Below, one piece after another: positions 9,175-18,630 of a DNA stretch of 64,000 nucleotides; the first letter of the stretch is position 1; the number at the start of each line of letters is the position of its first letter. The translations under genes and the position numbers were made by a program. Source of the DNA: a bacterium (GTDB lineage Bacteria > Electryoneota > Electryoneia > Electryoneales > Electryoneaceae); contig OY769902.1 in NCBI GenBank assembly GCA_963669175.1, forward strand, positions 2,336,001 through 2,400,000, written 5' to 3'. Below the pieces are notes generated by a model. It made no database searches, was not told the DNA's origin, and saw only the letters and a program-made list of their open reading frames with translations.

Positions 9175-11958
9175 ATGCTGAGCAAGGCTTCAAGATTATG
9201 CCTGTTTTTTGCTGTTATCTTTTTCATGTTGGCGTTTTCTTTTCAATCCCTGCACGCACAACCGTTATGGGGTGAAGAGGGGGTTGTACCGGTTTGGTTC
9301 AATACCTCAGCAAATTTCTATAGAGATATTGTCCATTATGAAAATGGGAATCACGGTGTTGTAGTTGTTGTTGATGAACTGGTTCCGGGACCGGACAGTT
9401 CACGATTTGCTGAGATGATTTTTGATTCGAATGGTAATTTCCTGGATTCGGTACGATATCCTGTCGAAATGAGGAATGCCTATGTTGCATCGGTGGTTGG
9501 TTTGGCAGATGGCTCTCGTCTTATCGGATTTGAAGCCAGAGACTATGGGCCCAATGGGATTGTATTTCAGAATGCAGATGGGACGACAGGATGGGTATGG
9601 GAATGCCCGGTCGCAGCCTCCAATTCAGGTCCGGAGAGGAACCGGATTTTTACCATCAATGACTATGTATTGTTCCTATTTGAAGCTTACCCGGGTTTTA
9701 ATCTCTATGCTGTCTGGCTTGATATTGACAGTGGTGCAGAAATCGGTTATGTGCAACTCACAGATACCGAATCCGGCAGATTTGGTGTTCGGGTAGCTGA
9801 GGATTCAATCCGTATTGCCGTTGATAGTTACACCTATTCAGATGCGGGATACCAGGAAATTCAACTTGAGACCGGTGGTGAGAATTTTGTGATTTCCACC
9901 CTTTCTGAATTGAGGGATTATAACAGTAGGAGTTTTTACTATTCATGTTATTTGCTGCGAGTTCATAACGCTACAGAGGATTATAGTTATGCATATGAAA
10001 TCTATGATGAAAGCCATGTGTTGCATGATTCCGGCGCGTTTCCGGCAGATGACGTTTGTTTTAACGAGTTCACGGGCATTGATGGTAGAATTATAGGGGT
10101 AAATGCCGAGTCGGTTACTGCCTTTGAGTTCGGTGAAGGATCTCTGGAATCGGTCTGGAGTAATAGTTTCAGTGATGTGAATTGTTGTTTCATGGATGAA
10201 GATGGTGGGGCGATACTTTCTTCAGAAGGCAACGACCAGATGCGCAGGGTGCGACCTGATGGCACGACGCAATGGACCGCGGATCGGGATTGGACCATTT
10301 TCGAATACAACCAACTTGTGTATGTTGGCCCATCTGTAATATGCAGTTATTCCGGACACATACAGTACCGGGTTAATGCCTCTACAGGCGCCCTGATAGA
10401 AACCAATTCCATTTTTGATCTGGATCAGGGACGTCTGCAAGACTGGCGTCTGGTCCCTTCCGGTCAGGAGTATTCCTGGTTGGTATTTGAAGAGCAGGAT
10501 TATGATGTTTTCCCAGCCGAATATCGACCAACAATACGACGCCTTTCAGCCGATGGCACAGTCAATCCCGATGATGACTACATCAGTGATTACCTGATCT
10601 ACCCCAGTACATGCCTGACTGCAGGCCCTGATGGTGGAGTATGGATGCTGACACGGGATGGACAGACCTGCCTGGACTGTAATGGTGATCCAGTTTTTGA
10701 AGCACAGGAAACCCCATTTGACTATAACTATATCCTGTATTTTAATCCCGGTGAGGATATCGCCCCGTATCACATTCTTTACCGATCCGTACAAAACAAT
10801 ACAACCCATACAATAAACCAGGTCAGACTGGATGCGGATGGAAACTCCGTGGGGGATCCTGAATACCTGTTTTCGTTGCCTGTGTCAGACAACTATCCTG
10901 ATATGAGTACTTTCAGAGATGCAGTGCATTTGATGGATGACCTGTTGGTATATGCTGTTGGTTCTGGACGCCCCACGGTTTATTCCTGCCTCGGCGTTTA
11001 CGATACCATCAGAGAAGAGAATACGGTGCTGGATACTCTTCATGAAGGTATGCCATTGGACGTATATACAGACGGACAACAATACTATAGCGTTTCATAT
11101 CGCATGAACGATGAACCGGGTTATCCCAATCCCTGTTCTGGGGCGCTGGTTTTGACGCATACCCTCTTTGCGGCACCGCAGTTCGAAGATGTTGAACTAT
11201 TGGATAGTATCCCGGGAACCGTATACGGGTTTAATGACATTTTGCTGGAAGACTGCAAAGCACGTGCATTTTTCTCGGACAAGATGTTGTATACCGTTTC
11301 CCTTGATTCCGGGCTCAATTGGAACGTCCGGCAATACACCTTCGAAGGGGAACTGTTGAACGGTCCAGTCGCCCTGCAAGCTGAGCCGACAGACAGTATC
11401 GCAGCGTTCCTGAAATCGGAACCAGAAGGGTGTTGGGTCGTGCTGGGACAAAAGGCTTACCTGTTGGATCAGGATCTATCTTTCTCGGAGGGGTATGAGC
11501 AGGGCATCTGTTTTTCCAGTTGGGAAAATGTGACCTATGAAGAACCACAAGCTGTACAAACATCAGATGGGAACCTGGTTGTTGCCGGGAATGAAGGCAT
11601 TTACCTGATCCTGGCGCAGTGCTTTGAAGGTTTGGAACCAGAAGTAAATGTTGATCAGAAAGCAGCGCATGTACTTCCTGCTCAATTCACCCTTGCCGCC
11701 CCCTGGCCGAACCCGTTCAACTCGACCACACGCTTGCGTTATTCGCTGCCACATGCCGGTGAGGTACGGCTGGCGGTGTATGATATTCTGGGGCGCGAAG
11801 TGCGTGAATTGGCGAATGCAACCCAGCAGGCCGGGCAGTATGAGGTTCACTGGGACGGATGCAGCGATGCCGGGATCGGGGTGGCGTCGGGAGTGTATTT
11901 CGTACGGGCCGAACTGGGTGAACAACAGCTTGTGAAGAAGGTCACGCTGGTGAAATAA
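9175..11958 (+). CDS. Large secreted T9SS-A/FlgD-Ig CTD protein, paralog 2
   Basis: Signal peptide ending LHA-Q, colinear motifs shared with paralogs 1 and 3 (QPLWGEEG, DSVRYP, GELLNGPV), near-identical CTD. Confidence 0.85.
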   Translation: MLSKASRLCLFFAVIFFMLAFSFQSLHAQPLWGEEGVVPVWFNTSANFYRDIVHYENGNHGVVVVVDELVPGPDSSRFAEMIFDSNGNFLDSVRYPVEMRNAYVASVVGLADGSRLIGFEARDYGPNGIVFQNADGTTGWVWECPVAASNSGPERNRIFTINDYVLFLFEAYPGFNLYAVWLDIDSGAEIGYVQLTDTESGRFGVRVAEDSIRIAVDSYTYSDAGYQEIQLETGGENFVISTLSELRDYNSRSFYYSCYLLRVHNATEDYSYAYEIYDESHVLHDSGAFPADDVCFNEFTGIDGRIIGVNAESVTAFEFGEGSLESVWSNSFSDVNCCFMDEDGGAILSSEGNDQMRRVRPDGTTQWTADRDWTIFEYNQLVYVGPSVICSYSGHIQYRVNASTGALIETNSIFDLDQGRLQDWRLVPSGQEYSWLVFEEQDYDVFPAEYRPTIRRLSADGTVNPDDDYISDYLIYPSTCLTAGPDGGVWMLTRDGQTCLDCNGDPVFEAQETPFDYNYILYFNPGEDIAPYHILYRSVQNNTTHTINQVRLDADGNSVGDPEYLFSLPVSDNYPDMSTFRDAVHLMDDLLVYAVGSGRPTVYSCLGVYDTIREENTVLDTLHEGMPLDVYTDGQQYYSVSYRMNDEPGYPNPCSGALVLTHTLFAAPQFEDVELLDSIPGTVYGFNDILLEDCKARAFFSDKMLYTVSLDSGLNWNVRQYTFEGELLNGPVALQAEPTDSIAAFLKSEPEGCWVVLGQKAYLLDQDLSFSEGYEQGICFSSWENVTYEEPQAVQTSDGNLVVAGNEGIYLILAQCFEGLEPEVNVDQKAAHVLPAQFTLAAPWPNPFNSTTRLRYSLPHAGEVRLAVYDILGREVRELANATQQAGQYEVHWDGCSDAGIGVASGVYFVRAELGEQQLVKKVTLVK
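11671..11958 (+). repeat. C-terminal cassette, copy 2 of 3
   Basis: First 59 nt identical to copy 1; 93/95 aa identical. Confidence 0.95.
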
Positions 11959-12057
11959 ATCTTGCTTTGATTGACTTTCATGCTTTTTCAGGGTATTTTA
12001 GTAATGCATCCCCACATAGATTCTATCTACAACTCCATGAACTCGTTGGGGGTGATC

Positions 12058-14835
12058 ATGCATGGTGTGTTTTCGAAAATCGTCTATACCCTCCTTGTTT
12101 TACTCTGTTTCCTGATGTTTCCTGTTCAACAGCTTGATGCGCAACCCATGTGGGGAGAGGAAGGCATTTTCCCGATTTTACTTCAAAACGAAATCAGAAT
12201 TCACGAGATAAAACTTCTTTCTAATGGGAATCAATCTGTAACTATTATGACAGATCGGTACGTTCCTGGTCCAACACGAGATATCCTGCTGGAGATCGAA
12301 TTGGACAGCAGTCTGGCTATAGTAGACTCTTTAAGATACCCGGCGGTCTGTTATTGGCGTGGTTTCTGCAATTCGGTTGAGCTGGAAGATGGTGGCAGGA
12401 TAATGGGATTTGAAACTTCCAGCAATTATCCCATGGTTGCAAGAATTGACAGCCTGGGTGAGCCTGTCTGGGTATATGAAAGCGATTTCGTTGGGTATGT
12501 AGGATGGGGGTATAGTACAGCGCAGCTCTATCGAATCCAGGATTATGCCTTCTTTGTTCATCAGCAAAACGGAGGTATTTTACAGTTTGAATGGATTGAT
12601 CTGGCAACGGGGGAAGGTGAGCAGAATGTCCAGGTTTCGGACAATGCAGTGACTTCATTTGCGGTAAGATATCAGGATGATGGTACGACACGTGTGGTAA
12701 CGTCATGGTCAGGAGAAGAAAGTTATCATTGTGAAGAGTATGTAACTGCACCTGGCGATACAGTACTTGAGACTCATACACTTATTGAGTATGAGTTGGA
12801 AAGTAATTATGTTATTGCATGTAAATATCTGGAGGATAATACATTCTTTTACATGTATTTGTATCCAGAATTAACAGAATATTATGCATTATTATTTGAT
12901 AATGATGGAAATATGGTAGATTCTCTTGCGTTGGAAACAGGTCATAAAATTGTAAAAAATAGTATTAATGGGTCTAATTTTTATAGTGCATCAATGGATG
13001 GTTTTTCGCGTTATTCTATTTTAAATGACAGTATATATTGTGATTATACGGTTGATGAAATGTCCTTCCTCCATTGTACAGTTGTGAACATACCTAATGG
13101 GGGTATTCTTGTTCAGGATTATGAAAATAATGAATTGTATTATGTTGACGAAAACGGTCAGTTATTGTGGGGAGGAGATGAAGAAGTCATCGCATCTGTT
13201 GATATCAATTCCGGTTTTAATACAGGAGACGAATATATAGTGATGGTTGATTCCAATTGCGCACTGAATGCATATGTCTATTCGCTGGTGGATGGCAACC
13301 TTATAGATTCCAGGGGACATCTTCTAAATCATCGGGCCTCTCAATTACTGGATGCGTGGGTTGCAGCGCCCATCAACTCCACAGCCTACCTGGCCTGGTT
13401 CCAGAAAAGCCGTCCGGAAAACATCGATTCATTGCATGTTGTGAAGATAGATGATGATGGAGCTATTGTGCCCGACTTGTCCTATGTCATCCGAAGAAAC
13501 AGTTTCCAGTTACATCACTTGGCACCGACGACGGGTGGTGGTTTATGGCTTATAGGAAACGATCGGCAAATTGTCCTGAATAGCAACCTTGAGGAAGTTG
13601 TAAACCAGGAATCTGCTGGTATAGAAAGGACAATACTCTACTTCGACCCCGCTACAACAACTGCACCGTATCCGCTGCTGCGCCTGATCAATGCTGGGCC
13701 TGCAAGGGTGGATTTGTATTATTTGTCTGATAACGGTGATTGTACACACGATCCACAGACACTCCTTACTCATCCGAATATGCGGCACTATGATTTCGAG
13801 TTTTTCCGTAATGACAGCCTGTTGTATTATGCAACGCTATATGGCAACGCACCTTTTTATATTGATGCCGGAGTGATCAACCTGGCTACTGGTACAAGAA
13901 GCGATATTATTCTTGATGCGATCGGGTATCCATTGGCTATTACAGAAGAAGATTCCGTAGTCCATCTGATTTATGCGTCCTATGATACTACCAACCAGGA
14001 ACGATATTACGGTACAAACATCGTGCATCTGGAAAATGATCTGCGGTCCGGAACCGTCTCAGAGGATACTCTGGTCGAACATGTAATTGGAAACCGTGGG
14101 ATGTATTACCATCCGTCCTATGGTATCAACAAAGTCATGGCAAAAGTCGTGATTTCTGCTGACATGGCCTTCCTGCTTTGTGAGAGTATTGACGATGAAC
14201 AATGGCGAATATACTCCTGCGACATGAGTAATAATGAAGTGAGCGAACCATGTTTGCTGCAAAACATTGCGCATCTTGACAGTTGCCAGCTTATAGCTGG
14301 AACGGATTCTACGATATGGGTTGTCGGGACCAATTGTGTCTATGCGCTTAACCGGGAGTTGGATATCGCCGAAGGGTATAATGAAGGCATTCCGTTTTCG
14401 TCCTATGCGAATGTCACCTATACTGATTTTAAAATTACGCAGACTATAGACAACGACCTTATTGTCAGTGGGCAGGAGAACGACTATTGTTATCATATGC
14501 AAAGGTATAGCGCGACATTTGCAGAAAATTCGATACATACTACTTCGCTGAATCCGTATACATTCACCGTTTCTGCCCCTTGGCCGAACCCGTTCAACTC
14601 GACCACACGCCTGCGTTATTCGCTGCCTCATGCGGGTGAAGTACGGCTGGCGGTGTATGATATTCTCGGGCGAGAGGTGCGTGAGCTGGCGAACGCAACC
14701 CAGCAGACCGGGCAGTACGAGGTTCACTGGGACGGATGCACCGATGCCGGGATCGGGGTGGCGTCGGGAGTGTATTTCGTACGGGCTGAACTGGGTGAAC
14801 AGCAGCTTGTTCGGAAAGTCTTGCTGGTGAAGTAA
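12058..14835 (+). CDS. Large secreted T9SS-A/FlgD-Ig CTD protein, paralog 3
   Basis: Start moved to ATG 12058 (MHGVFSK), signal peptide ending LDA-Q, QPMWGEEG, DSLRYP, near-identical CTD. Confidence 0.85.
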   Translation: MHGVFSKIVYTLLVLLCFLMFPVQQLDAQPMWGEEGIFPILLQNEIRIHEIKLLSNGNQSVTIMTDRYVPGPTRDILLEIELDSSLAIVDSLRYPAVCYWRGFCNSVELEDGGRIMGFETSSNYPMVARIDSLGEPVWVYESDFVGYVGWGYSTAQLYRIQDYAFFVHQQNGGILQFEWIDLATGEGEQNVQVSDNAVTSFAVRYQDDGTTRVVTSWSGEESYHCEEYVTAPGDTVLETHTLIEYELESNYVIACKYLEDNTFFYMYLYPELTEYYALLFDNDGNMVDSLALETGHKIVKNSINGSNFYSASMDGFSRYSILNDSIYCDYTVDEMSFLHCTVVNIPNGGILVQDYENNELYYVDENGQLLWGGDEEVIASVDINSGFNTGDEYIVMVDSNCALNAYVYSLVDGNLIDSRGHLLNHRASQLLDAWVAAPINSTAYLAWFQKSRPENIDSLHVVKIDDDGAIVPDLSYVIRRNSFQLHHLAPTTGGGLWLIGNDRQIVLNSNLEEVVNQESAGIERTILYFDPATTTAPYPLLRLINAGPARVDLYYLSDNGDCTHDPQTLLTHPNMRHYDFEFFRNDSLLYYATLYGNAPFYIDAGVINLATGTRSDIILDAIGYPLAITEEDSVVHLIYASYDTTNQERYYGTNIVHLENDLRSGTVSEDTLVEHVIGNRGMYYHPSYGINKVMAKVVISADMAFLLCESIDDEQWRIYSCDMSNNEVSEPCLLQNIAHLDSCQLIAGTDSTIWVVGTNCVYALNRELDIAEGYNEGIPFSSYANVTYTDFKITQTIDNDLIVSGQENDYCYHMQRYSATFAENSIHTTSLNPYTFTVSAPWPNPFNSTTRLRYSLPHAGEVRLAVYDILGREVRELANATQQTGQYEVHWDGCTDAGIGVASGVYFVRAELGEQQLVRKVLLVK
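14563..14835 (+). repeat. C-terminal cassette, copy 3 of 3
   Basis: Encodes APWPNPFNSTTRLRYSLPHAGEVRLAVYDILGREVRELANATQQ...; long DNA stretches identical to copies 1 and 2. Confidence 0.93.
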
Positions 14836-14950
14836 TAGAAGTGAAGAAGGTAAAGGAAGTAAAGAAGGAAAAAATTAGTTGGAAAGTTCTGAAGTTATTG
14901 GTTTTCTATCAATCCATACAGTGTGCAAGACACCTTGGCGCGTAAGTCGT

Positions 14951-15406
14951 CCAAACGATCTAAGTTTAGTTCGCGTGGTCCGGTGTGCTTGCACCCGGGC
15001 TGTTGTATTGGCGAGTGTACGTGCGGCGAGTCGACGCCCGACTGACGAGCAGTCGGGCCAAACGACCTAAGTTTAGGAAAAGCAGGGACTGACCCTTCGA
15101 GGTCTGTCCCGCTTTTTGTTATATCGGATAATAACCTGACAAAAGCTTTCTACGATGTCATCCCCGCATGCTGTAGGCGGGGATCTACTCCGTAGACCGT
15201 ATGATTCAATGTATGATCAATACAAGGGTGTTAATCTGATACCCGACAGCAAGCAGTCGGATTAAAACCAGACAAAAGCTTTCTACGATGTCATCCCCGC
15301 ATGCTGTAGGCGGGGATCTACTCCATAGGCCGATTTATCCAATGTATGATCAATGCGAGGGTGCTGAATAATCTGAAACCCGACAGCAAGCAGTCGGGCC
15401 AAACGA
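14951..15406. repeat. Composite REP/palindrome cluster between convergent genes, including two ~133-bp direct repeats (starting 15138 and 15271)
   Basis: gacaaaagctttctacgatgtcatccccgcatgctgtaggcggggatctactcc occurs twice; cccgacagcaagcagtcgg hairpin (also at ~46878); ccaaacga(t/c)ctaagtttag twice (14951, 15058); gggactgacc/ggtctgtccc hairpin. Confidence 0.85.
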
Positions 15407-15424
15407 TTTTTCGCAATGCTTAGC

Positions 15425-17152
15425 CTACTTCTTCGGTGCTTTCTGCTTGACCCACCAGAGTGTAATTGCTCCGCCTGCCAGTGTAATCAGGGTAGCGATG
15501 GTCGCGTTCAGGGGCTGTTGGTATACCGCGAACCCGATGGCGAAAGTCGCGCCGAAGGTCAGCATGATTCCGCCGATCCAGCCAAAGATGTCCGGCCACA
15601 GGCTGGTGTAGCGTGCGTCCATCTCGATCCCGGCCTCACGTCGGATCGCACTCCACGCACCCGGCGGACGAGTGCGTTTGAAGAATTCGACCAGTGCATC
15701 GCGTGGCGGGGGCGGGGTCAGGAAGGTCACCGGTACAAAGACCAACGCCGACCCGAAGGTGATGATCACGACTTTAATCGCGAAGGGCGTCTGCGGGAAA
15801 GCCAGGTAGAGCACGGTTGAGATCACACTGGAAGCCGTCATCGCGCTGATCTCGCTCCAGGCCGAGATGCGCCACCAGAACCAGCGCAACACGTACACTG
15901 CGCCTGTTCCCGCCCCGAAGGCGATGATGAATTTGAACGCTTCCGTAACCGAGCTGATGAAATAGGCTACGATCGAGGTAATGGCGATCAGGGTGAGCAT
16001 GGCGACCTTGGCCGCGATCAGGTAATGTTTCTCTGATTTTCCCGGTGCCAGCCAGCCACGATAGACATCATGGGTCAGGTAACTCGCGCCCCAGTTCAGT
16101 TGCGTGTCGATGGTGGACATGAACGCCGCGACCAGCCCGGCGACCAGTAGCCCACGCATCCCTGAGGGTAACATCATCATCATCTTGGGATAGGCCAGTT
16201 CGTGATCGGTCAGCTCACCGCCCAGTTCCGGCCAGAGTACCAGCGAGGCCAACGCTACAATCACCCAGGGCCAGGTGCGTAGCGCGAAATGAGCCACGTT
16301 GAACCAGAGGGTTGCACCGAACGCGTGAGTCTCGTTCTTGCACGCGCTCATGCGTTGAATCAGCTTGCCGCCGCCGTCAGAGTTCAGGTTCGCCCACCAT
16401 TGAATCGAGATGTACACGATAAACCCGCCGAATACCCCGGTAAGTGTTTCCATGCTGAACAGCCCGGTTTCAGGAATATGCGGGATCAGGGAGATTTTCG
16501 CTGCGGGTACGGTTTCCATGATATGGTCCATCCCGCCAGCCGTCTGCACCGCGAAAACAGCCAGGATCACCGCGCCAAGCAAGGCGATGATGAACTGCGC
16601 CACATCAGTCACCACCACGCCCCAGAACCCGGCGGAGAATGAATAGGTAACTGCCAAAACCGTAGCAATCAACACTCCAACCCATTTCGGGCCGCCCCAG
16701 ACTTCGCCGATGATTTTCGCCATCGCCAGCACGACCCAGCTCATACCAATGGTGTTGATCAGCAGGGATATCCAGGCAGCGCGCACCACTCGCAGCACGC
16801 GTCCCGGTTTGCCGCCATAACGAAGTTGGGTAAGCTCAACATCGGTGACCACATTGGCGCGTCTCCATAACCGCGCCAGAAAAAACGCTCCGAACAGGCT
16901 CCCGATGGCAAAAGACCACCATTGCCAGTTCAGCGAAACGCCGCCGGTACGGACCAGATTGGTGACATAGAGGGGAGTGTCACAGGAAAACGAAGTCGCG
17001 ACCATGCTGGTTCCGGCCACCCACCAGGGCAGACTGCGCCCGGATAGAAAATAGTTATCCGTGTCCTGGTGAGCACGACGAGAAAAGGATAAACCGACAC
17101 CAAAAATGAGTAAAAGATATCCCCCGATAACCAGCAAATCGGCGACAGACAT
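15425..17152 (-). CDS. Sodium:solute symporter (SSS) family protein
   Basis: YFLSGRSLPWW, SMVATSF..DTP, GVVVTD..QF, AAFMSTIDTQLNWG, LRWFWWRI; many TM segments. Start moved to ATG 17152. Confidence 0.92.
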   Translation of the reverse strand: MSVADLLVIGGYLLLIFGVGLSFSRRAHQDTDNYFLSGRSLPWWVAGTSMVATSFSCDTPLYVTNLVRTGGVSLNWQWWSFAIGSLFGAFFLARLWRRANVVTDVELTQLRYGGKPGRVLRVVRAAWISLLINTIGMSWVVLAMAKIIGEVWGGPKWVGVLIATVLAVTYSFSAGFWGVVVTDVAQFIIALLGAVILAVFAVQTAGGMDHIMETVPAAKISLIPHIPETGLFSMETLTGVFGGFIVYISIQWWANLNSDGGGKLIQRMSACKNETHAFGATLWFNVAHFALRTWPWVIVALASLVLWPELGGELTDHELAYPKMMMMLPSGMRGLLVAGLVAAFMSTIDTQLNWGASYLTHDVYRGWLAPGKSEKHYLIAAKVAMLTLIAITSIVAYFISSVTEAFKFIIAFGAGTGAVYVLRWFWWRISAWSEISAMTASSVISTVLYLAFPQTPFAIKVVIITFGSALVFVPVTFLTPPPPRDALVEFFKRTRPPGAWSAIRREAGIEMDARYTSLWPDIFGWIGGIMLTFGATFAIGFAVYQQPLNATIATLITLAGGAITLWWVKQKAPKK

Positions 17153-17456
17153 GACATTCTCCCTGGAGTAACCCATGATGTTGGTGCAATGTACGCCCTG
17201 CTGAAAGGTATTCAAAACAAGGGGAGGGGAGAAGGAAATTAAGAATTAAGGATGAAAAATGAAGAATTGAACATTTCACCGGGATTGCATAGTGAGATTA
17301 GGTGAAAGAGAAGTGGGTATTTCACCGAGAGCGAAAAAACGTCTCCGGAAGGCGTTGCATTTGGGAGCTGAAACTGCGACAATTGGCGGAATTGGGAAAC
17401 GCGGGAATACTCTATTGATACGCAAAAATTGAGAAAAAGGCCAAAAGACCCGAACA

Positions 17457-17472
17457 TGTGACGCAGGTCACA
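17457..17472. promoter_or_regulatory. CRP/FNR-family operator (TGTGA-N6-TCACA)
   Basis: tgtga-cgcagg-tcaca matches the CRP core consensus exactly, in the divergent SSS/NYN intergenic region. Confidence 0.6.
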
Positions 17473-17818
17473 CCCGTATGGAGGTTACGTACATTTTTTT
17501 TCGCCTCTCATTGGGCTGGAAAAGATTGAGAGCATCTGAGTTAACTCGCAGATATAACAAAATGTTGACCTATGGATCATGTTAGAAAAGCATGAGCAGA
17601 AAATCTCCAAAAGGGGTTGACGTAGGGTTTTTTGTAAACGAAATTGCGACAGATTGTAGTCGAAATGACTACAAGGAACACGGGTTAAGCAAAAGGTGAC
17701 CGTAATGTCATATCCAGAATGGCCGGAAGGCAGCAGCGATGAGCCTACTCCTCTGGTACTGGTTGACGCGGTCGAGGTCCAAGAGCAGGAAGTACCAACC
17801 CCCACACGAGGAGACGCT

Positions 17819-18418
17819 ATGAAAAGAGTAGCGGTATTTATCGACGGGAGCAACTTCTATAACGGTCTGCGTGATAACATTGGCCGTATGGATGTTGACT
17901 TCCACAGGTTCGGCACCAAAATGGCCGAACTCGTCGATGGCGAGCTGCTTCGCATTTATTATTACAATGCGAAAGTAGATCCAGACTTTGATCCGGATAA
18001 CTACGAAAAGCAGCAGCGCTTCATTACCCACTTGGCCCACACTCCGCATTTAAGCCTTCGTCTTGGCAAGCTGGTGTATTACCAGGTGCGTGGCGAAGAA
18101 TCAACCGGTGGTCGTAAGCACTACGCGGTGGAGAAGGGACTGGATGTTAAATTAGCGATTGACCTGGTGCGTCTCGCAGTCAATCGTGCTGCCGAAGTTG
18201 CCGTAATCGTCTCCGGCGACAAGGACCTTGCTGAAGTAGTGGAATACGGCAAGGAAATGGGAATGATCGTATGCAGTGCGTTCTTCCCCCGTGGCTTGTC
18301 CGAAGCCCTGGCAACTCGTGCCGACAAGGTGTTCTATTTCAACGAAGAAATGTTGCATGACATCTTTATAGGCAACGATGAAGAAGCGAACGAAGAAGAC
18401 CCCGGTTTCAATCAATAA
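17819..18418 (+). CDS. NYN domain (LabA/DUF88, PIN-like) protein
   Basis: VFIDGSNFY, EKGLDVKLAIDL and VSGDKDL catalytic-Asp motifs. RBS GAGGAG precedes ATG 17819; an upstream start at 17705 is possible. Confidence 0.9.
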   Translation: MKRVAVFIDGSNFYNGLRDNIGRMDVDFHRFGTKMAELVDGELLRIYYYNAKVDPDFDPDNYEKQQRFITHLAHTPHLSLRLGKLVYYQVRGEESTGGRKHYAVEKGLDVKLAIDLVRLAVNRAAEVAVIVSGDKDLAEVVEYGKEMGMIVCSAFFPRGLSEALATRADKVFYFNEEMLHDIFIGNDEEANEEDPGFNQ

Positions 18419-18441
18419 GCTGATTCAGAAACGAGTCTTCC

Positions 18442-18468
18442 ACGGGCTGCTTTGGCAGCCCGTTTTTT
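18442..18468 (+). terminator. Intrinsic terminator after the NYN gene
   Basis: acgggctgc-tttg-gcagcccgt followed by a T tract. Confidence 0.85.
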
Positions 18469-18630
18469 GTGTAATCCAGTATGATTTTTTTATATCCAGG
18501 TGTCCCCTGAAGTCCACACATTGGACAACAGGATTGAAACCGTAAGTGTTTTTTTTTCGAAATTTGGTCGAGGTTTTGCATCTGAAATACTCACTGCCTA
18601 TATTTGATCCTATCATGAGTAGGAGAGGTT

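Noticed and set aside
8819-14835. Diversity-generating retroelement TR/VR pair
   Set aside because: All three copies are in-frame coding ends, mismatches are mostly synonymous third positions and not adenine-specific, and there is no reverse transcriptase in the window.
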